Shown here: piece after piece, positions 13,401-18,117 of the stretch | Numbering within the stretch: position 1 is the first letter of the stretch | How the letters are laid out: the number at the start of each line of letters is the position of its first letter | From: a virus | IMG/VR virus record: IMGVR_UViG_3300045988_142898 | Span: 1-18,117 of that record | DNA length: 18,117 nt | Strand: one strand, 5' to 3' | The notes under the pieces: generated by a model | Databases searched by the model: none | The model's input: the letters and a program-made list of their open reading frames with translations, nothing else | What the model was told of the DNA's origin: nothing | Program-made: the position numbers and the translations under genes

Positions 13401-15575
13401 TTAAACAGTTTCATAATCTTCTACATACTTACCCTGTACAAACTCAACAACCTTTGCAAATCTATCTGTAATATCCAACTGATAAGTTGTCTTTAACATT
13501 GCAACATTGCTATAAATATTAAAACTTCCTTGTGGTGTCGTCACTCTTTTGACACTTTCACAATCGTTATAAACAAGTCGCTTCTTGCCAGTTTCTTCAC
13601 CGAACAAAAATCCCGTACGGAAATTATCGGCTGTACCCATTATTTTTGAACCCTGTTTCTTTGGTACTCCTGCTATTGTTATTTCAAACTTATCGGCTAT
13701 CTGCTGGCAATACTTCTTTGCGCCTAAGGTCACAAATACATCAGCGTTATCTTCCATATCAATAATGCCTAAATACTTGTCAATTCCTTTTTTCGTAGTC
13801 GCATAGTTCTTGACATAATCTTTATCACTAGGATTATAGCTAGCCAAAAGTCTTTCGTTATACTCCTTAATTGCTTCTGTGTATCTTTCTGGATGTAAGA
13901 AAAAACATGAATCTGTATCACAATAAACAACGTCATGGGGATTAAATAAATCTATCATAGATTGTAAAGCAACACGGCCTAGCATAGCTGTATAACTGCC
14001 CCACTGATAAGCAAGAAATGTTGTTCTTTTTGAATAGTATTCTTCCAACTGTTCTTGTATTGTTGTCTCTGTTGTCTGTTCTTCAAGAAGTCCAGTTTTA
14101 GGATTGAAAACGATCATATCACGAACTGGGTCTGTATAGGTCATTCCAAATATACCATTTACACAATTCTTTGACTTCATATATTCATATTCAGCACCCG
14201 CAACCCCTTTTAACTCTGTCTTCTTTTCATAGTAGTTGAATACAGATTCTCGTAATGACTTAGGCAAAAAGCCCTTCATTGAGATAAATGCATCATAACT
14301 TTCAATAGCATCAAAGTCGTATTGAGCAATAAAACAATTGATAAACTCAGCATCATAAAAAGCTACTTCAATAGTGCCTTTGAAATTTGTTATACGCCCA
14401 TTATCATAACCCAAATCTGTACATGCCCCGAATTGCTTAAAACATCTCGATAATGAAAGATATGGTATCGGAACATACTTACCTTTAATTAATCGCGGAT
14501 TAAGAATTTTAAATCTACTGATAATAACATAGGTATTAGCGATCTCTTTATACAGCTTAAAATCAAATACGCCATTTTTCATAAAGTTGATAGGCTGAAA
14601 AGTAAACATGGGATATGTGTTGTTGCATATCATCTGAAATGGATAACTTGAAATGAAATCACCATGACCAAGATTTTTCAATTTAAGCCCTACATATTCC
14701 CTGTTCGCATGTGTGTTTCCGCCTGCCTTTAAGTCTAAGAATATCTCATACAATTTTGTGTCGAGTGCTGTACGTCTTATAACATCTTTCGTAAACTGTC
14801 TGTTATGCTTACTCAGCATTACATCTCTTACAGCATGGCGAACAATAGAAGTTGAAGTTGGCCTGTTATCTTTAACTGTAAAGTTGTTGGCTTTCATGAA
14901 TCCCTGTAAGCCATCTGAAAGAGCTAGTACATCCAATGCCGAATATAAAAGTGTATTATCATCTAATTCAGTAAATGAGTCACGATAAAGGTCATAGTCC
15001 ATTATTTCTTTTTCTTTAACATAGAATGCACTATAATCCTGTGTGAACTTCTCAAGGTTCATATTTGTCAACCTGTATGAACATCGAAATTCTATATTTG
15101 ATTCTGTCCGGAAAGATATAATTTTACGTTTTTCTGTAGCAAAAACTGTATCCGGTACAACATCTATCCAATCTTTTATAAATTGCCACTCGTAAGATAG
15201 GTTATGAACATAAAAGACTAATCTATATTTATCAGTTTCAAAAATATGTCGGACTAGCTGAAAAAACTCTTTGACCTCAGTTTCTAGTCGAAACATGAAT
15301 ACTGTACCAAGCAAATTAAACTGATAAAGATAAGTAAAGCCTATAGGCTCATCAGACAGATTCCATCTTGTATGTTCTAATATTGTTGTTGTCTCTGTAT
15401 CAAATGCACTAGGGTAAGAATAGAAATATTCATCTGGGTACTTTCTGTGCTTCTGTACCTCTATATCTTTCTTATAATCAATATTGGTTTTAATATCAGC
15501 AAGAATAGAGGACTTTTTACAGTCCTCTAAATCATATATTTTTATTGTTTTTCCTTTATATATGACCTCTTGCAT
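13401..15575 (-). CDS. Protein-primed family-B DNA polymerase (phi29 gp2-like, 724 aa)
   Basis: Motifs present: ExoI FDTETT, ExoII HNLSYEWQF, ExoIII YSALDV, motif A DFISSYP, motif B KSKNCVNGIFG, motif C YCDTDS and KxY GAKKY. Confidence 0.97.
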   Translation of the reverse strand: MQEVIYKGKTIKIYDLEDCKKSSILADIKTNIDYKKDIEVQKHRKYPDEYFYSYPSAFDTETTTILEHTRWNLSDEPIGFTYLYQFNLLGTVFMFRLETEVKEFFQLVRHIFETDKYRLVFYVHNLSYEWQFIKDWIDVVPDTVFATEKRKIISFRTESNIEFRCSYRLTNMNLEKFTQDYSAFYVKEKEIMDYDLYRDSFTELDDNTLLYSALDVLALSDGLQGFMKANNFTVKDNRPTSTSIVRHAVRDVMLSKHNRQFTKDVIRRTALDTKLYEIFLDLKAGGNTHANREYVGLKLKNLGHGDFISSYPFQMICNNTYPMFTFQPINFMKNGVFDFKLYKEIANTYVIISRFKILNPRLIKGKYVPIPYLSLSRCFKQFGACTDLGYDNGRITNFKGTIEVAFYDAEFINCFIAQYDFDAIESYDAFISMKGFLPKSLRESVFNYYEKKTELKGVAGAEYEYMKSKNCVNGIFGMTYTDPVRDMIVFNPKTGLLEEQTTETTIQEQLEEYYSKRTTFLAYQWGSYTAMLGRVALQSMIDLFNPHDVVYCDTDSCFFLHPERYTEAIKEYNERLLASYNPSDKDYVKNYATTKKGIDKYLGIIDMEDNADVFVTLGAKKYCQQIADKFEITIAGVPKKQGSKIMGTADNFRTGFLFGEETGKKRLVYNDCESVKRVTTPQGSFNIYSNVAMLKTTYQLDITDRFAKVVEFVQGKYVEDYETV

Positions 15576-15585
15576 AACTTATACC

Positions 15586-16233
15586 TCATTCTTCTTTAAA
15601 AGAATCTCTGATAATCTGTGAAAATGTTCTGCTATCACCTTTTGCTAATGCACCAGAGCTTTTCAAAGCTAATTTTTGATTTGCCAAAAATACAGCCAAT
15701 GTTGTTTCGTCACCACTTTTGAACTCTCTCCACATATCCTGCACTGTCTTTTTTCGTTCTTCCTGTTCTGCACTAGTAAGCTTATAGGCCGAAAAGAACT
15801 CCGCTAATTCAAGGTAGTTATATTCGGATGCATTCATCTTTAACGTATCATAAATATAATCAAAAAATCCTGCAAGCTCTGCTTTTTCTTCTTCATCCAA
15901 TACTGCCAGACCAGTGTTTTTAGCTAGATTCTCTATTGCTCTCTGTTTCGCTGATTTATATGCACTTATTGATGCATATTTAGACTGTCCAAACCCCTGT
16001 AATTGTGCATATCTTGCACGAGCTTCATTAACAGTTTTGGCTTTACTTCTTGAAAAAACAGGTTTGCTAACTTCTGCTTTGTTATATTCGTAAATCTTCA
16101 ATGATGCATATGGATTGAACTTGTAAAACTCTTTGACACGTTGATTATAACGTTTTGCCAGTCTATCTATAATCTCATTTGCTTCTCGCAATGATAGTTT
16201 TGAAAAATCTTCTGGCGATAAGTCCAGATTCAT
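15586..16233 (-). CDS. Terminal protein candidate (215 aa; 224 aa if it starts at GTG 16260)
   Basis: It lies immediately upstream of the polymerase, as in phi29 (gene 3 then gene 2). It is predicted helical, basic at the N-terminus and acidic at the C-terminus, and of similar size to phi29 TP. The tracked start 16332 overlaps the upstream membrane ORF. GTG 16260 has GGAGGGA 6-7 nt upstream and a TAGTG stop-start overlap. Confidence 0.55.
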   Translation of the reverse strand: MNLDLSPEDFSKLSLREANEIIDRLAKRYNQRVKEFYKFNPYASLKIYEYNKAEVSKPVFSRSKAKTVNEARARYAQLQGFGQSKYASISAYKSAKQRAIENLAKNTGLAVLDEEEKAELAGFFDYIYDTLKMNASEYNYLELAEFFSAYKLTSAEQEERKKTVQDMWREFKSGDETTLAVFLANQKLALKSSGALAKGDSRTFSQIIRDSFKEE

Positions 16234-16259
16234 TTTCTTTCGGAATCCACCTTTTCGCA

Positions 16260-16445
16260 CTAGAACTCCCTCCATAAAAATATAACAAAACATATTGCTA
16301 ATAGTACTAAGTCTATTGTAGAAACACAACAACCTAATATCACTACTATACCTGTTATATCAAAGTAGTCTAACATAACACCCATAGCTATTAAACCCAG
16401 ACCCAAGAGTATAGCAGTAACTGACGATTTGAATAATAAACCCAT
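16260..16445 (-). CDS. Small membrane protein (61 aa, two TM segments)
   Basis: SD AGAGGTGA lies 4 nt upstream. Hydrophobic stretches are AILLGLGLIAMGVML and IVVILGCCVSTIDLVLLAICFVIFL. Confidence 0.65.
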   Translation of the reverse strand: MGLLFKSSVTAILLGLGLIAMGVMLDYFDITGIVVILGCCVSTIDLVLLAICFVIFLWREF

Positions 16446-16449
16446 GATA

Positions 16450-16932
16450 TCACCTCTGTAATATTGACTTAAACGTGCTTTTTGCTACGGGAATTCTTTC
16501 GAAGCACTGTTGTTCAAAATTATCTGTAAGAACTAAATATTGTGTATCAGTAATATAGCCAAGTTCCTGCAACATTTTAGCGGCACCACATTTTTCGTTA
16601 TAGTTCACATACATTTTATAAAAGTATTCTGCTAAACATTCAATGTCTGCTTTACCTAATATTTTATATTTGCCGTACTGTTCATTAATTTGCATTTTTA
16701 CCTGTCTATCATAATAATCACGCTTTGCTTTAAAATCGAACAAATCACGGGCTTCTTCATCTTTTGAGGGACACCAATTATTAAACTCTAGCATTTCTAT
16801 CTTAGACCAGATATAACCAATGAGAAAACACCTTTTTGCTGGTGTTATAAATTTATCATTCCATCTTATATTAACAATCCTAATGTCAGACATCATTCTC
16901 TTATGTAATTTATTGTAATCACGTTTTTTCAT
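16450..16932 (-). CDS. Hypothetical early protein (160 aa)
   Basis: SD AAGGAG lies 7 nt upstream, and the start overlaps the previous stop (TAATG). I recognise no family. Confidence 0.75.
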   Translation of the reverse strand: MKKRDYNKLHKRMMSDIRIVNIRWNDKFITPAKRCFLIGYIWSKIEMLEFNNWCPSKDEEARDLFDFKAKRDYYDRQVKMQINEQYGKYKILGKADIECLAEYFYKMYVNYNEKCGAAKMLQELGYITDTQYLVLTDNFEQQCFERIPVAKSTFKSILQR

Positions 16933-17120
16933 TATAATTCTCCTTTTCTAAACAAATCAAATACATAGCCAACCATAGTCCATTGACTCTCTATTGTTCC
17001 TTCAAAATCATCAGCGACTTCAAAGAAGTCATTTAATAGATTCTTAATATCATCAGTTGTTTTAACTTTTGATAACTTTCTTCTTAACATGCTAATTAGT
17101 ATTTCTTCTATGCTCTTCAT
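16932..17120 (-). CDS. Hypothetical early protein (62 aa, acidic)
   Basis: SD AAGGTGG lies 7 nt upstream, and the start overlaps the upstream ORF stop (ATGA). Confidence 0.7.
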   Translation of the reverse strand: MKSIEEILISMLRRKLSKVKTTDDIKNLLNDFFEVADDFEGTIESQWTMVGYVFDLFRKGEL

Positions 17121-17290
17121 TCAACTACCACCTTCCCATCCATATAAACAAACACTTTCTTAACTGGATAAGGTTTACTCATCTTATAAAAGTAGTACTC
17201 ATATCTTTGAAGCGAGTCTTTCCAGTAGGATTCTTTTACTATCACTGTTTCACTTCTATAGATTGTATTTCTTAAGTAGTTACTAGTCAT
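17117..17290 (-). CDS. Untracked hypothetical early protein (57 aa)
   Basis: My manual translation is MTSNYLRNTIYRSETVIVKESYWKDSLQRYEYYFYKMSKPYPVKKVFVYMDGKVVVE. It exactly fills the 17121-17282 gap. Its start overlaps the upstream stop, and its stop overlaps the downstream start (ATGA). Confidence 0.6.
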   Translation of the reverse strand: MTSNYLRNTIYRSETVIVKESYWKDSLQRYEYYFYKMSKPYPVKKVFVYMDGKVVVE

Positions 17291-17483
17291 AGGACATACC
17301 TTTTCTTTCTGGATTTATCTTATTACAGGTTTCTTCCCACTCCCGAATGAATCGGTCTATATTGCCGTATAGGTTGAACTTTCTAAAGGCTGAAAGTTCG
17401 TCTTTCGTCCATTCAGAAGTTTTAATGCATCTTAACTCTGAATAAGGTCTACATTTAAAAGGTTGACATATTACTGTGTTCAT
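17283..17483 (-). CDS. Hypothetical early protein (66 aa)
   Basis: SD TGAGGTGG lies 7 nt upstream, with an ATGA overlap onto the previous gene. Confidence 0.7.
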   Translation of the reverse strand: MNTVICQPFKCRPYSELRCIKTSEWTKDELSAFRKFNLYGNIDRFIREWEETCNKINPERKGMSYD

Positions 17484-17803
17484 TCTGTTACCACCTCATT
17501 ATCAAAACCGTAATAATCAAAACTCATTTCAAATAGTTTACATGCAAACAGTTGTTTGTCTCCTCTGATTGTTTCAAGAACTATCAACATTTCAGAAGGC
17601 GCTAAATCAGCTTCTACTCTTTCTGTTGTAGTAAGTTCATTAAATGCATAACTGTAGGTTATAGAACATATGTTTGCTAAAGGATATATGTATTCCTCTT
17701 TACTGTTTTCCTTGTTATGAAGATATAATATATCTCTACAGGCTAAACATTTGCCGTCTTGTAAGTTGGGGTATTGGTCAGATATCCATTTCTTAATTTT
17801 CAT
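17480..17803 (-). CDS. Hypothetical early protein (107 aa), first gene of the leftward arm
   Basis: SD GAAAGGAG lies 7-8 nt upstream. The product contains a CxxC pair (CLACRD). Confidence 0.75.
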   Translation of the reverse strand: MKIKKWISDQYPNLQDGKCLACRDILYLHNKENSKEEYIYPLANICSITYSYAFNELTTTERVEADLAPSEMLIVLETIRGDKQLFACKLFEMSFDYYGFDNEVVTE

Positions 17804-17826
17804 GTTATCACTCCTTTCATGCTCTT

Positions 17827-17855
17827 ATTGTAACGCAATCTTACGGAATAGTAAA
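17827..17855 (-). promoter_or_regulatory. Candidate right-end early promoter (leftward)
   Basis: On the minus strand: TTTACT (17855-17850), 17 nt, TACAAT (17832-17827). Two alternatives exist: TTGACA (17962-17957) with a poor -10 (TATCAG) after 16 nt, and TATACA-17-TATAAC further downstream. Confidence 0.35.
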
Positions 17856-17942
17856 ATGAATTTTTGGAATAGTTGACGAACATATGTTTGTTATAGCTGA
17901 TATAGAACACACTGTATACTTACCGTTCGGTATACTGATACT

Positions 17943-17959
17943 ACACCCCTGTGGGGTGT
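17943..17959. repeat. GC-rich perfect palindrome ACACCCC-tgt-GGGGTGT
   Basis: A 7-bp stem with a 3-nt loop. One arm overlaps the minus-strand TTGACA hexamer at 17957-17962. Confidence 0.6.
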
Positions 17960-17981
17960 CAAACTGGCAACATACTTCAAT

Positions 17982-17999
17982 ACTTTACTCTAATAAAGT
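17982..17999. promoter_or_regulatory. Operator-like palindrome ACTTTA-N6-TAAAGT (copy 4 of 4)
   Basis: ACTTTA ctctaa TAAAGT, lying 6 bp inside the right ITR boundary. Confidence 0.4.
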
Positions 18000-18005
18000 G
18001 ATAAG

Positions 18006-18117
18006 CCCCTAGCAAGAACCGTGCCAACTTTTCAAATGTTAGCCTCGAGTAACTACACAATGCGTCACTTTCTAAGAAACTGGGAAAATTCTAAGATTCT
18101 GCCCCCTTACGAAGTTT
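18006..18117. repeat. Right inverted terminal repeat (112 bp)
   Basis: Exact reverse complement of 1-112. Confidence 0.95.

Noticed and set aside
4164-14988. Other embedded or antisense tracked ORFs (4164-4361, 5189-5437, 6127-6321, 8638-8892, 8681-8947, 9429-9644, 9696-9947, 9767-10102, 11433-11642, 11455-11667, 12129-12323, 12526-12723, 13101-13289, 13585-13806, 14713-14988)
   Set aside because: Each is nested within a gene with clear family motifs, has no SD and shows off-frame composition.
5060-16332. Long N-terminal extensions of tracked ORFs (starts at 5098, 10083, 11696, 13382, 16332; also 1444 on the plus strand)
   Set aside because: The extensions overlap the upstream gene or intergenic promoter or terminator elements and lack SDs. 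Internal starts at 5059, 10029, 11627, 13316, 16233 or 16260, and 1483 have proper SD spacing.
1970-17803. Genome-wide stop-codon reassignment (TGA or TAG read as sense, as in recoded gut phages) as the explanation for the in-frame stops at 4280 and 4514
   Set aside because: TGA ends four early genes at coupled junctions (ATGA at 17480 and 17117, inside the next SD at 16450 and 15586). TAG ends nine genes, including the capsid gene, where a new SD and start in a different frame follow. Trp is encoded throughout by TGG, only one TGA and one TAG are in-frame internal stops, and I saw no suppressor tRNA. No late gene ends in TGA, but the numbers are too small to carry weight.
1-18117. Lysogeny module, mobile elements, CRISPR arrays, tandem repeats
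   Set aside because: I saw no integrase, recombinase, repressor or HNH motifs in any frame, and no repeat-spacer periodicity. The only long repeat is the ITR pair.

Overview
This 18,117-bp window looks like a complete linear genome of a small phi29-like, protein-primed podophage of an AT-rich Gram-positive host. Bases 1-112 are the exact reverse complement of 18006-18117, and both termini start 5'-AAA. Transcription converges on a 300-bp non-coding centre (1669-1969). A short rightward arm (298-1668) carries about six small ORFs of unknown function behind two sigma-A-type promoters. The long leftward arm (17803 down to 1970) carries, in order: six small early ORFs, a terminal-protein candidate, a protein-primed family-B DNA polymerase, a phi29 p5-like SSB candidate with its own promoter and terminator, and the gp16-like packaging ATPase. 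A non-coding unit follows (consensus promoter plus structured RNA), then holin, a PG-binding protein, a CHAP+lysozyme lysin, scaffold, gp8-like capsid, gp9-like tail knob, gp10-like portal and gp11-like lower collar. The arm ends in a four-ORF tail-fibre module whose last gene is an SGNH-esterase fibre. No integrase, repressor, tRNA, CRISPR or mobile element was seen. Five points merit a second look. (1) A receptor-binding-type gene is interrupted by in-frame TAG and TGA codons, and the downstream pieces have no ribosome-binding sites. (2) A consensus promoter drives a ~94-nt RNA with strand-specific end-to-end pairing and a U-tract next to the packaging ATPase; it may be a pRNA or an antitermination leader. 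(3) A palindromic ACTTTA-N6-TAAAGT motif occurs four times, apparently only in non-coding DNA. (4) The lysin may be a PlyC-like split enzyme. (5) Gene order is rearranged relative to phi29. All homology statements rest on recalled family motifs read by eye, not on searches.
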